From the NCBI RefSeq assembly GCF_009914755.1, contig NC_060943.1: a DNA stretch of 64,000 nt; one strand, given 5' to 3'. Of the stretch, positions 30,989-46,401 are shown piece after piece (the first letter of the stretch is position 1; the number at the start of each line of letters is the position of its first letter). The notes under the pieces are model-generated. The model did not search any database, was not told the DNA's origin, and saw only the letters and a list, made by a program, of their open reading frames with translations. The translations under genes and the position numbers were made by a program. This DNA is from the human T2T-CHM13v2.0 reference genome, Homo sapiens.

Positions 30989-33900
30989 CTGCTATCCTTG
31001 CTGAGATTTAAGACGGAGCGCACATCTCCCAGGCTAGGGAGGGAACACCCAAAGCCACCGCTTTCCCAGAGACTCTGACCCAGCTGGGACCATTACCAAT
31101 GTGCATCACTTGACCCTAGATGTGAAATCAAGAGCCGGAAGAAGCCATCACAGCAGACACAGCAGTGGCCACCCCATGAGTTTCCAGAAGCTCTCATGTG
31201 TGCTCCAAGGACTGGAGTTGAACAAATGGGAGGAGGAAGAATGAATTGTTTTCCTGCTGTATCTCTTTCTACAAGCAGCTTTCCGCTGGCTGTTGTCCCT
31301 CTTGTCATCTTCTGTAGGCTTAGAGAGAAAATCACAAGGCAAGAGAGAGGATCTTGCAAGCATAGAGCTGTGAGGTGTGATGAAATTGTCAAGTTCCTGT
31401 GAGCCCGCGTGTGAGAATAAAGGAAACTTGCATCTTTGTGGGTGACAGAAACACCAGTTCTGTTAGCAGAGGCCTCCCCAGGAAATTCAGTGTCTGTAAT
31501 TCTCTTATTGTGAGAAGATAAATAGCATTCTTATTTTGTGAATTTGAACCCATCAAAGTTTTGTAGTTGAGAATGCCACATTCATGTCCATCCAAGGAGC
31601 ATTCCCTGACTCTCCACAGTAGGGCTGGCCTGTGCTGAGAGTGGGACACAGGGAAAGAACACATAGTCCCGGCCTCTTCAGTAGCAAACAGAAGAGAGAC
31701 ATACACCAAGAAAAAATGGCATGAAATGACATTCGCCACAGTGAAAAAGCAATGGGCCATGAAATATGGGGCACAGATTCAGTCACTGAAATCGGGGAGG
31801 TTCCAGAAGCGAGTGACATCGAAGCTGAGTGTTGAGGGAGAACTGTTAGCAGAAGAAGGGGCATGAGCAGACAACATTCCAGGCACCATCAAAAAGGCAG
31901 AGAAGCAAGAAGAAGAGCTCAAAGTTTAAAGAACATCATCTTATTCCAAATAATTGAGAAAATGTTGCTGTTCACGCAAGTGCAAATGATGTGGCTATTT
32001 TAATGTATGTTCACATTTAACAGTGTTTTCTTTTTTGTATTAAGTAAAATACAGGACTCAGTAGACAACCCTGATGCTCCATCCTTAAGCTTCAAGTGAG
32101 CCTCCCCAGAGCTGAGAGCTGCAGGGTACAGGAAGTGGGGGATGCCATGTGGAGGTGAGTGGGGGAGGAGGAAGTGAAGGGTGGGAGCAGGCAAGGGAAG
32201 TCAGAGATGAGGGGCATGGTGAGTTGCGGAGTGTGAGAGGTGATGCAGGGAGCAGCAAGAGATGGAAATAGGAGGGTGGGGATGACCTGTTTATGTTTTC
32301 TTAATGCAATTGGTTTGGGGACCATCACAAAACATACAACTTGTCAAACTGCCCAAGGCCCTCCAGCTCTCTCCCTCTCTCTCTCCCCTCTTCCTGTAAC
32401 ATGCACACAGACATTCATCACAAGGAGCTGTATTCCTGGATGATCAACCAAATGGACTGTCTAGGGCCTGTCATTACATTTCCATGACTGTCTCTAAATC
32501 ACTTTGTCCTGATTTCAGAACCAAGGCGGTAACCTCCCAACCCAATTTCCTTGAATCTTACCAAGGTGATGGTGAATTAGTGTTGATAGTAAATAAAGTC
32601 AGAGCTTTGAGACATTATTGAAGACACAGGAAAATAAAAACAATAACATTAATTAGCTCCAAGTCAGTATAATTTCCTATCTAAAATAATAAAGAGGCTT
32701 TAAAGAAAATAACCACTAAAGCCTATCTTTGTGCCAAAAAGTCCACAGAGCCTTATCTTCTCACAAAGGCCCCTCCAAAGGTCATCAACCTTATTCCCAT
32801 TTTGGAGAGACCTCAGCCTCTGGAATTGCTGCAAGAAAAGTATGACTGCCCCGAAGGACTGAAGCATTCAGATTTCATAAAAAACATCTGTTTGCCTTTT
32901 ATGGCTGGTTTTACAGAAGATGGAGATGTTAGTAAATATTCCATTTCTTAAAAAATGTCAGTAATTTTAGTGACTTTGTCCCTCAGTAACACATGAAAAG
33001 TGAATGGATGATGCAAATCTTGAAAAGATAAACATCAGTATTTACATAAGGAGCGTTACCCAACGAATTGAGTGGAGCACAGAGGGGATTCTTTCTAAGT
33101 AATAAGAGACTGTCCTGAACCTCAAAACACTTCCAGTATTTGTGGAGACAAAATTCACAACAAAGAACACAGAATCTCACATGGCGTCTTGTGGGGTGGG
33201 CTGGAAAATGGTGAGAGCCCACGTGTTCTCCAGGAGGAGCAAGGCATGTATACTTAGAGGACTTTACAGTTTACAGATGACTTTCATTTTTCACGATCGC
33301 ATTTAACCCCCCACAACAAGCAGGCAAGCAGTCTTCTGTTCTACACAAAGCTAAGAGGGGCCCAAGGCTGTGCAGCACTAGGAACAATTCTGGAACTTGA
33401 AACCGAAGTCTTCTAGGTCCAGCCCTGAGCGCTTTCTCCAGAAACTCTGCAACAGACCTCCAAGGTAACACCACACTGCTCTCACCACTCGGCACAGTGA
33501 CCATCCTTAAACGAATGGATGAGCACTCAGAAGAATGAATGAGTGAACCCTGCCCCCACGGCCCTCTGGCTCACTCCCCTCTCCTCATTCTCTAATCCCT
33601 AAAACTCCAGGCTTTTCACTATTCAGTGGCCGCAGGAAGACTCCGGGTTTTTCATATTTTATGCATACAGCTCCTCAGAGGGTCGCTTTCTAATAAAAGC
33701 ACTGAGCATTGCAGAGAAAAATCTTTCTTTCTAATCAGGAGAAAAGGGCTTTCAAGGTCCGAGGCTGAAATCTGCGTTGTGAACGTTCAGAAATGAAATG
33801 CATGTTTCATTTGCAACTTTTGAAAAGGTCTGTGAGGATGCATTTGGCCTAGGTTTAAACAGAAAATGCCTTCATACTTTAATATTTACAACATAAAATT

Positions 33901-34884
33901 AATTAGTTTTTCTTTGATGAAACTTGAATCATTCAGCTTTCAGAAGCCAATTTAGCATTTCCATTTTGTTCTCTTCTACACACAAACATGCACACACACA
34001 TATATGTGTGCTTACATATACATGCATACACAGTCACATCTGTATGCATCACATATATTCACGTGCACACCTACACACCTGCACATATGTGCAGTCACAC
34101 TTCATTCTTCTCATGCACAGACTGATTTAGTCAACACAGAAGAGTAGAAGGAATCAGTATTGGACTGCGCCGCCTGCTGTGTTTTAATATTCAACTATTT
34201 AATTCCAACTCTTAATGTACTTCCCCCTTGCTATTCTGCTGATGTTTCACTTTTAGAGACTCCACTCTGCTGAATCATTGTACCACAGAATTCTGAGTTG
34301 GGGCAGCTTAAGGCCACCTGAGGCTACTTCCCCTCTAAAGCATGAATCCTCTCCCAACAGTAACCAGACCAAGAAGTTCAGACTCTTTGGGATGCATCCA
34401 GGAATAGAGAACTTGCGCCCTGCTGAAGAAGTCTCATTCTTTTTCTCATGTCTCCTGACTGCAAAGGTCTTCAGGTCATAAAATTCAAGTCCTGTTTCTG
34501 CTTCTGACCCGTGGATTACCACAGACACATCAGATTCTGTTCTAAGCCCTAGGTTTAGCAAGAGGGTATTGGAACAACTGATCTTTAAGGTCCAACTAAG
34601 ACGTTTTAATAATGCAGACACTTAAAATATCCTGCCTTATTTGGAGCCAAAAATCTCCTTCCTTACAGTGTCCACCCCCTGGTCCAAGCTCTGACCTCTG
34701 GGATTATACCTTCATCCTTGTGTAAGTGAGTGATAGCTGCACCATTTCCTCCAGGCGGGACTCCCCGGCTCTCTGCAAAGCTGTGTCCTGGGTACCTCTT
34801 GTGCCTGCCTCCCATCATTGTGGTCCACCTTTCACTCCAGCCGTTGCTGTGGCAACCAGCTTGTGAGGGTGGAGCCCAACAGCT

Positions 34885-35430
34885 CCTCATCTCAGCTGCA
34901 CTATATTCCTCCCACCTTCTGCTCTAGAGGTAGCTCACCTTCTGATGCTCCATTGTGGAGTCTACAGGCCAGCCTGGACCAGAGGGACCAAACATCTGGG
35001 TGTTTTCAGGATTGAGGGGATTTTGGGGTTGCAGCAGGGCTTTTAGTTTGAAAATCAGGACAGTCCCAGGTCAAGTGGGACAAGTTGGTCACCCCAGCAT
35101 GGGTTTAGGAGGGCCTTAACATCCACGGAATGACCCTCAGCAATGGGGGGCTCCAGGAGCTGGCAGCTGACCGCTCCCCTCCTCCTGCCCTGGACAGACT
35201 TGGTGGGTGCATTCTATACATACAGCTCCTCAGAGGGTCATGGAAGCATGAGGCCCCATTGCCCACAGTGGTGATTAATTTGGTAACTCCCCAATTAGAA
35301 AAGGCTTTTCCACCTATCTTGTTTTGTGCTCCTCAGTCCCCCCATGTCTGTTTTCTAGAATAGGATCTCACAATGAATGAACTACACACAAGTTCAGCTT
35401 TGGGTTCAGCTTTGGGAGGGGATTCCAGGC
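34885..35430 (+). mobile_element. LTR16-like LTR containing a MER94/MER81-like hAT-Blackjack MITE (34981-35096)
   Basis: GAATGACCCTCAGCAATGGGGG..CATTGCCCACAGTGGT; MITE ends GGGACAAGTTGGTCACCCC. Confidence 0.55.
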
Positions 35431-37124
35431 TCTGGCAGGTACCTGGGAAATTTGGATAATGAAAATGTCACAGGGTTGCACGTTTTGGATGCTGGACTTC
35501 TCATCCTAAGGTCCAGATGGCATTCTTCTAGAGTGAAGATCATGAGAAAGGGTCTTGGTTTCTTGACAGCTTCTCAGTATTCTTGCTTGCACATCAAGAC
35601 AGCCAGGTTACTGCAGAAAATCATTTCTGTAGTTGTTGGTTCATTTTCTCAAAATACGGGATTTGGGGGTTACGTCTGAGAACCACACAGGGGATCTTGC
35701 CTCTGATCAAAATCAAATCAAAACACCTCCTGTGGTGACAGAGCAGGCATTTTATTTCCTGACAATATTTCTCCCATCTGATTCAATTTCAGCAAAGGAA
35801 ATTTAAGTAGATGCAGGTGAAAGAATTGAGAACTGAGAGCTACCTGACTTGTGTTCCTCAGTAAAAAACAAACAAACAAACTGAAATATGTTTAACGGAA
35901 GAGGGGGAGAAGCCCACTACCCTCTTACACATATTCTGAGTCAAGTCGAGCTTTTCTGGGGACAGGATGAGGAAACCAGGTGACTGAGTATTTCTCCAGT
36001 ACTCATCATGTGGCTTCTGCAGCACATTACACAAAGCATCTTACTTTATTCCTTAGAATGACCCCAAGGTGACCTTTGCCCTTGTGACCCCATTTTATGG
36101 CTGGAGAAACTGAGAGTCAGGAAGATGAGGGAATTTCACCAACATCACATAACTAGTCATCTGCAGACTGGGGCTCAAATCTGGGCAGTTCCAGCTCCAA
36201 AGTCTATAACCCTAACCAGTGCACTGTCTGGCCTCTCTAGAGAAGTAGAGTTCAGACAGGGTCAGGGGGCCCCTTTGTGGTATCATCCCCCTTCACCACA
36301 TCTGCCCTTCTATGTCATTACTTGAGCTCTTTCCTCTAAGGAGAATTCCTTTCCTACCCACCCCCACCACCCCTCACCCCAGCTCCCTGCCCCACAGCTC
36401 CGGCTGTGAAAACCCTGCCAGTCCTTCTCGGCCCAGATCATGCCCCCCCGACCAAAGCTTCTTCAGCTACGTGCTGGGCAGCATCCCTTCCGCCACTGAA
36501 TTCCCATAGTTGTTCACTATCGATGCTATGTAAATGCACACATCAAATACTTAATGAACACTTACTATGCACCAGGCCCTGCACTAAGCATTTTACACAG
36601 ATGATCTCTACATCAACTCTATCTCAAGTTACTATTATCTTTCCTATTTTATAACTGAGGAAAACACCACCCAGAGAGGTTAAGTATGATGGGGCCCACT
36701 CTTTCACTCCCTTCTAGACTCCAGGCTAGAGAAAGGAGTGTCCACAGTGACACAGGCCACCAATGCAGTTTGTTGGCCAAAGGTGCTGCAGCACAATAAG
36801 TTTTCACATCAGCCTTGATGTCCAAAGCTTTTTACTGGCCCCTTGGTACTGCAAACTTTCCTCCTGGATCTTCCTCCCACTATGTCTAGCTTCAGCCTTC
36901 AATCAACAGAAATGTATTGAGTGCCTGCTACATTCTAGGTGCTGTTTCAGGTGCCCAGAAGGTTCTTTTTATTGGGAGATAGACATGATAGATAGGTATA
37001 AAAGAACATAGAAAGATACCAAGACCTACCACCAGCTTCTGTTTTGTTTGTTTGTTTTTGCTTAAGATAAATTATCCAGAACTTGATAAGAGACATCTGA
37101 ATCTTTCTTTCCACAATCTATTAG

Positions 37125-37438
<314 letters not shown>

Positions 37439-37675
37439 CATTTTACGATTTTATAAAACTGTTAAGGTGCAACAAATAATTTTCTGTCTAGTAGTGACAA
37501 TAACTTCCAAGGTTGGGATTTTATTGCCCTGCCTGGTATTAACCAGTTTTGATCTAATTTCATACTTCTATCTTAGCATTTATTTTTTCCCTGCTGACAT
37601 TAAAATCCCAGTTCCTCATATTTCTCTTGTGAACTTGGCTTGTCATTAATGAATTAAATAAAATGAAGAGACATT

Positions 37676-38506
37676 TGAAAGTTGCAGCTACCAGGATAAA
37701 GTTGCTCTTGTCAGACCTGGATAAAATAGAGCCAGGAAGGCATAAAAAAGGAGGGAGGGAGGGTATGCTTTCCTGTCTGAGATGAGAACTGTTCCAAGGA
37801 CTGTCTGAAAACCCCACAGGAAATCCCTCATGTCCTTCACACATCTCCAGCTCTGCACGGCTTGCATGTTTCTCACGTGTGCACGTATTTCTATGACAAG
37901 GTTTATCACTAGACAGTCTTTAGGACCATGGCAATTCAGATAAGATGCTCTCAAAGAACACCTGCTCAGGAATGGCATCTCCACCAACAAATTCATGCCA
38001 ACTCAGGCATTGAGCCTCCGGCACCCATGAATTCTGTTTCTACACAGTGTAGGTAAACTTCCCCCTTCTGCCAATAAAGCCGCTCTTTACCCTTCCCTCA
38101 GCAGATATATCCGGGGCTTGCCACAGTGCAACCTGGATTACAATCCTCTTCTTTACTTTTTCTTTTGGAGATGGGGTTTTGCTCTGTTGCCCTGGCAATC
38201 ATAGCTCACTGTAGCCTCAAACTCGTCAGCTTAAGTGATTCTCCTGCCTCAGCCTCCAGAGTATCTAGGACTACAGGCATGCACCACTATACCCAGCAAT
38301 TTTTTAATTTTTTTTTTCGTAGAGACTGGGTCTTGCTATGTTGTCCAGGCTGGTCTGAAGCTCTTGGCCTCAAGCAATCTACCTTGGCCTCTCAAAGTGC
38401 TGGGATTACAGGTGTGGGCTATTGTGCCCAGACATCTTTTCTAATCACTGAATAAATTCAACATATTTGGACGTATTTTTCTCTGATGTCTTTTTTTAGG
38501 TTGACA
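37676..38506 (+). mobile_element. ERV1 MER4-group LTR (MER34-like), interrupted by antisense AluJ 38157-38432
   Basis: GTCAGACCTGGATAAAATAGAGCCAGGAAGG; AATAAATTCAACATATTTGG..TTTAGGTTGACA 3' end. Confidence 0.62.
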
Positions 38507-38766
38507 AATGCATACTACAACCATATGGGAATTATGTTTTTTTAAATTTTTAATATCCTATTTGACAATCATATTCAGAGAATTAAAATGATTGATGTAA
38601 TCATGAGTCAATGAGTGGTCCCTCTAGAATGTGTGGTCAGGAAAGACTTTTCAGAAGAGGGGCATGTGAGCTAAAGGCCAAAAACAACTGGGCCTGCGAA
38701 AATGAGGACAAGGTTATTTCAGGTGGAGAGAACAGCTAAGCAAAGGACTAAAGCAGCTGGCATGTT

Positions 38767-38947
38767 CAGTGGCAACCTGATAAATGCTTAGCAGCTGGCT
38801 GGGTCAGGGGAGCCCTGATCTGTGGTGTTTGCCCATTTCTGTGGCGTAAATACTCCCAGGATTTTGAGCGATGATGCAAGGTCACTGAGTTTGGAGTTGG
38901 AAAGCAGTGAAAATGAGCCAATCTGAGCTGGTTCCAGCACACCTCTT
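38767..38947 (-). mobile_element. MER63-like hAT remnant
   Basis: TTTGCCCATTTCTGTGGCGTAAATACTCCCA..GAGCTGGTTCCAGCACACC. Confidence 0.6.
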
Positions 38948-39844
38948 GGTCTGTTCCAAGAAAAGAAATAAAGCCAGAAGAGCAGAGGAGACAAAGGAGA
39001 CAGTTGCAGGAGATGAGGTCAAAGAAGCAGGCAGGAGGCTGATCTTGGAAGGAGCCTAGACTGCATTCCAATTATAACAAGAAGCCACGCGGAAGGTGTT
39101 AAAGCACAGAGTGACACTCCCTCTTCCTTTCTACCTTCTTGGTGTTTTTCTCAAGAGGAAACAAAGGCAGAATAAGGAGTAGCGCAAATCCTCTCCTCGT
39201 CTTACGCATCAGCAGTGAACACGTCCTTGGCGTCTCACCTCCTACCTCCTGAGGCATAGCAACAAACACCATGACACAGCAACAAACATCATGGCACATC
39301 ATTTTCCAGTTTTTCTCAATAGTGAGCACTCAATTGTTTTTGAGAGCAGGTAAGTAAATTCATTCTCTTAAGACTATACAGAAAAGTAACTGTTAAGTAA
39401 AATTGTTTTAAAATGGCCTTTACTGTTTCAAACTGTTAAAAATGGTCACAGAGGTAATTTAATGCCTTTTAAAGGGCAATTGCTGTCAGCCACAGCTGGT
39501 TGACTGCCTGCACACTGAAGCTGCTGGAAGAGAAAGACGACAGCCGTTGTGGTAATAACATGCTGCCAAGAGAGGTGACTTCGTCCATCTCAGGCGCAGA
39601 GCTGAAGGTGGATGCTGGGGAAGGGAGACCTGTTGCTGAAGCTGTTGGAGAGCTTCTTGCCTCTGTGGCTTATCCCATTTAATCTAGTGGGTTATTGGCT
39701 CAGGCACCAGGGGGCCTAAGGAATGGCTATAACCTTTCTTCTGAGTTTCACCCTAAATTGGGCGCTAGAGCGGCAGCCACAGAAAATGCCCTTTCCAGTG
39801 TGCCTCGTACTTTCTTCTCCCAACTGCGATCTCCTCAAGGGAAA

Positions 39845-40254
39845 TGTTAAAGAAAAAGTTAGTCAGTGCTACTTGTAAAGCATGGTAGGTAAGACTTTAT
39901 TTAGGACCATTGCAATAGGTATGGGATGCATGGGCAAGTAAGAATTTATGGCCAAGGAGAAGCATAAGGGTCAGCAGATGGAAAATTACATCGGGGTGAG
40001 GGAGGTTCTGGGTAAACTGACCTAACAGTTTCTTACTGAGGCATGGTGGGGGGTGATCCTACATCACCTGGGGGATGGCGGAGGATGAGGAGCCTGATCA
40101 GATATCAAGGGCGATCAGATATTGATGGTGGTGGGTGCTACCCTGACTTAGCAGGGATCTTTGCTAAAACTAGATCTTACAAGGCAGTGCATGAGTGAGC
40201 CCAGCAGAATATTCAGAAGCCGGACTAAACTGGCACAGCAAAGAATCTTTGTCA
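39845..40254 (-). mobile_element. MER31-type LTR
   Basis: Minus strand begins TGACAAAGATTCTTTGC..TTTAGTCCGGCTTCTGAA; internal GATCAGATAT repeats; TG..CA ends. Confidence 0.7.
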
Positions 40255-40743
40255 GAGGAGCCACATATGATTTATTCCTATACCCCCCACAGTGCCCAAT
40301 GCGTGCTTGGTCAATAATGGATTTTCATTAAATGTCCATCCACCAGCAAGCAAATTTCACTGGATATTCCATATGTGCCTGGCACTAGATTAATTGACAG
40401 GGACTTGGAGATAAACAAGATACCACACCACCATCAAATGAACAGCAACAGTCAGAAGACAGAGAAATGAGGGGGCACACAGAGAGAAATAGAGGCAGAG
40501 AGAGCTAGAGGTAAAGGAAATAATACACCCTAAGGGTTCTACAAAGGATCTAACAGGGTTAACAGGTTTATAAAGAGATCAACAATCAGAGAAAGAGAGC
40601 CAAAGAGATCTATAGAAACAGTGGGTGCTGAAATATCAGTTAATTAAAAGGTTATGGCCATGGCAAGGAAATAGTAATGGCTGCTTTAATTTTTTCCAGG
40701 TAACACTGTCTTGGCTGTGCCTAATAGTATAGAAATTCAGCAG

Positions 40744-41046
<303 letters not shown>

Positions 41047-41049
41047 CTA

Positions 41050-43230
41050 AATCACGTGTGGGAGCAATCCCAGAATGGTTTTCTGATGAGTGTTCAGGGT
41101 GGCTGTCACCCTGTACAGACTCTGAGGACCCAAAGTGCCATCAGCCCGCATGTGATGTGAGTAGGGATGTACGGGGATCAGGTGCTAAATGGAGTCCTGG
41201 CTCAAATATGTCTCACAGTGGAGTGGGTCCCCATGGCAGTCATTGCTCCAGCTCTTGAATTTATCATTGGAATGGCCAAACAATGGCTGCAGAACCCAAG
41301 AATTTGTTTCTTGACTTACGGAATAAAAGCTATCACAATAGGAATAACCAAATGGAAGCCTCTGAAGATGCCCCTTATCCTTTAATCCTGACCTGAAGAA
41401 TAAATCAAACACACCACATCCTAAGGAGAGTGAAGACAGGTGCCACTTCCAAAGACATAAGGGATGCAGGAGCAATGGTCTCCGTTTAACTCACAAGTCT
41501 AACCTCTTCAAAAATAAGATAGGCCATAGAAGACAACAGCAAACTACTACACATTTGAGCAAGTAGTACCCCTACTCACAGCTACGCTGGGTGTTTGTTT
41601 TTACTAGAACATATGAATGCATACACATGTGGAATGCAGCTACTGATTTGGCATATGCATTATTTTAATACCCACCACAAAAGAGATTCAGAAACAGTTA
41701 GCATTCTTATGGATGGACAACAGTAGACATTTACAGGCTGTTAACCCTGCTCTCCATTATAATATAACCAGAAGGGACAGTCCAAAGAACTTCACACTGG
41801 TGCACTATGTTGATGACATCATGTTAATCAGACCTATGGACAAGAAGAGCAAATATTCTATATGTTTCATTAAGAAACACACTAGAAGGTGGGAGAGCAA
41901 CCTGCAAAACCTTAGGGTCCTGCCATTTTGGTGAAGCTGCCTTTTGGGACCAGTAGTCTGGGGTTTTCTCAAACATCACTTAAAAAGTAAAGGACAAGTT
42001 ATTGCTTAGCGGTAGCACCTTCTACCATTAAGAACAAAGCACATTAACTGGAGGTCTCTACAGGTTTTAGAGTAACACAAACCACGCCTGGCAATACTCT
42101 GACCCATTTATTAGGTGACATGGAAACTATTAGTTTTGAGTGGGCCCAGAGCAGTAAAGGCCCTGCAGAAGGTTTAGACTGCAGTGGAAATAGCTCTGCT
42201 TGGACTATAACCTGGAAGAATCCATGCGACCAAAGGCATTTGTGTTAGGAAAAGTGTGTAGTAGATGAGTTGCAGTGCAGACCCTTGTAGTTCCAGAAAA
42301 AGGCTGTGCCATCCACAGCAAAGAACTATGGGCCACTCAAAGCGAACTCCTGACATCCTGCTGGGCCCTGGCGGAATGAGTGTCTGACCATGGGACATCA
42401 AGAGCTTCAGGGAAGAGCTATGTAGATGGACACATGAGGGTGGGCATGGAGTGTGAGGATCTTAGTGTTGTAAGTTAACCCTCACTAGAAAGCATCCACT
42501 GCTGTGACAAGGAACCAAGTGGATAGAATGATCCAGCCAGTAGATGTCAGCCAGCCTCTGGCCCTGGCTACTGCTGCTCTTGTGAAGTGGGTTCATGAGT
42601 GACACAGTAGTGGAGGCAGAGATGGTGGCAAAGAATGAGGCTAACATGACCCAACATCATGGGGTCCCTCTCCCCAAGGCTGATTCAGCCACAGCTACTG
42701 ATTGGTGTCTAACTACAGCCACAGAAGGTGGGTGTCTCACTAACCAGTCACTTGCAGGCAAGTTGATTATATTGAACCTCTTCTACACTGAAGGGACTGT
42801 GAGTCATCTTCACTAGAAATGGCATATATCTATGAATATGGGTTTGTTTTTTCTGTCCACAGGCCCTCAGCCAGTCCTGCAATCCTAGGGCTCCTAGAGT
42901 GTCTGTAGATCTACTCTATGCATTCTGTGACAGGATTCCACATAGCATCACCTCAGACCAAAGGGTCCACTTTACAGCAAGAAAAACATAGAGGCGGGCA
43001 CACAGCCATGGCATCCACTGGTCCTACCATGTGCCACACCACACAGGAACTGCTGGGGGATAAGCAATGGGATAGCCTATTGAAGACATAGCTGAAGAAC
43101 CAGCTTAGAGATGACACTCTGCAAAGAGAGTGGCACCCTTTAAAATGTGGTATACACTTTGAACAAAGGGCCATTATATGATGCTCGGTCCCCAAGAGGC
43201 AGAATGCTTGGGTCAGGAGAGTGGAGGCTA
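41050..43230 (+). pseudogene. Decayed class III (ERV-L type) pol: protease, RT, RNase H, integrase
   Basis: Frame fragments YGDQVLNGVLAQICLTV and KWKPLKMP (PR/RT junction), LVHYVDDIML (RT YxDD), FEWA, QHHGVPLPKAD..ATA, GFHIASPQ/SDQRVHFT and HGIHWSYHVPHH (IN core), VYTLNKGP; many stops and frameshifts. Confidence 0.88.
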
Positions 43231-43643
43231 GCCACTGAAACCAATGGAAGTGCCAGCCTCACCAAGAGACAGGGAGATTCTGAAAGCCTGATGGAGAAGG
43301 TGGATGATGAGTATGAGGCATGGCTTCAGGAGTGGCAACAGTGGAGGGCTATGGTTTGTCCCTATTTCTCTTCTTGTGAGTTTCCCCAGAAATGGTGATC
43401 AACCAGAAGCCTGGAGAAGCTGTGTGCCAAGGAGGAGTACTTGAAATATATATACGCTGGTGATTCTGATCTCCAAGGATAAAGTTAAAATTCCCAAGAA
43501 CTTTTATAAAAGTAAAAGTTCAGGTTACCTTAAAAAGAATAAAAATCTGACTGCCATCAAACTGCTCATTTGCAACATGGTATTCTGGAAATAATAAAAC
43601 TTTGTCTTCCAACTTTTTATGGAAAATTATTTTTACTGATTGA

Positions 43644-43928
<285 letters not shown>

Positions 43929-45958
43929 GGGAAATTATTTTTAGCCCAGAATTCTATATCCAATATCAAGAATAAGGTTAAAAATAAACGTATTAAACTC
44001 ATAAAAATATCATAAATTCACCTTCTATGGGAAAATAAATTACTGAAGGATGTTCTCTGCCCCTCAAGTTCTGGGACCTCAGCAAAAGCAGCAGGAAAAG
44101 GCTGGCATCATCGGGACACACCTTCCCTCAGGTGTCTGTGGCTCCTACCAGCCCAGGCTGGGGCTTCTGCAGGGCTGTCAGCCACAACCTCTACTGTGGG
44201 CCCTCCATGTGACCCCTCCACATAAGCTAGTTTGATTCCATGGGTGAGCATCCCAAGATAACAAGCATATAGGCATGGCCTTTCACGGTCTGGGCTCAGA
44301 GGTCACATAGCATCACGTCTGCTGCACTCTGCTGATCAAGGCAGTCACCAAGACCCAGCCAGGGTCAGGGAGAGAACATGGTGTAGCTGTAAAAGCATGG
44401 GGGTTGGCAGACATTGTTGCAGTCATTTTTAGAAAATATGACCTGCCACGGCAGTGAGCAAGGGCACCAGTGACATCCATGGTCAAATCCAAGTAACTCT
44501 CAGTGGTGTGACTGTGAGACATAATGCAATTGACAAGAATGAGAATTTTTAAAGCTTTGGCCTATATAAAAAATTAAAAAATGAATGAAATATAGAACTA
44601 AGATTCCAGGTTATTTCAAAATAATGTGGATGTTAGGAGTAGAGGTGGAAAGGAGAGTATAATGTGTGCTAAGTGTCTTGTTCATTTGAAGTAGTTACAG
44701 GTAGAAATTAATTCTGGACTTTAAATTATGACTATATTCACATGGATTAGTAAAATGTTTAAAACTCTTGTATAATACTTTGGCATTAAAAATAATAACT
44801 TTAAGGCCAACCATTAGAAGACTAGACATAAGATGTAATTTCTAAAACAGTAAAATAATGGAAGTGACAAAAAACAATAAAACAAGAAGAAGATATTTTA
44901 AGGCCAAAACATGAAATAAGATGGTAGTAATTATGTAAACACATCATTAGTCACAAATGTGAATTTAATCTCCTTTTTAAAGAGAGAAATTTTTAAATTG
45001 GAATGTTTTAAATTCAGCTGTATGTTATTTACAAAAAAGCATGCCTAAATTTGGAAAAAAAAAAAAAAGAGAGGAAAATTTGAAAATAAAAAATAAATGA
45101 AGATATACCAGGGAAATGCTAACTAAAAGAAAGCAGAAATGTCAATAGCAATAGTAGTCAAAATGGACTTCAAAGTGAGAGGCATTAAATGCATTAAATA
45201 GGAATGAGACATATTTATATTATAAAAATTACAGTTGCCTCCAAAATATAACAATCATTAACCTTTATGAACAGAGCAATATTATATTGGTATTTATAGA
45301 GTTAAAACTCCTGGAAACATAAGAGAAACTGACAAACCACAATCTTGGCGAGAGATTTTAAAACCTCTCCAAGAAATTAAGATACCAACTAGATGAAAAA
45401 AAATTAAGCCATAGAGGACATAAATAGTTATTGTACTTTCATATAAACTTCCAGTTTCTAATTTAATTAACTATATAGTTGCATTGCTAATATGAATTGT
45501 TCTCAGTAAAAAGGCTGCACAATGTTTTCAAATACCTGTTGGATTTTTTTTGTTTGTTTGTTTATTTACCAAACCAGGGTATTTAGCATATACATTACCT
45601 CCTACAGTTATTATTTATTTGTTGTGAGAACATTCAGAATTGTCTCTTCTTGCCTTTTTAGAGTATACAACAGAGAAATGTTAACCACAGTCACCCTCCT
45701 GTGTAATAGAACGCCAGAACTTATTCCTCCTATCTAACTGTAACTTCGTACTCACTGACCAACCTCTCCCTGTTTCCAGTGGAACAACCTTTAACTACCC
45801 TTTTATTAGTCAAAATAAATAAATAAATAAGTTGCCAAAAGTCAAAAATCACACAGGTCACATTCAGTGATCCAATAAAAATAAGTTTCGCAAACACCTC
45901 GTTTCGAAATTAAAGCAACTCTAAATATATCTTAGTTTAATGTGAATATCAAAACTGA

Positions 45959-46401
<443 letters not shown>

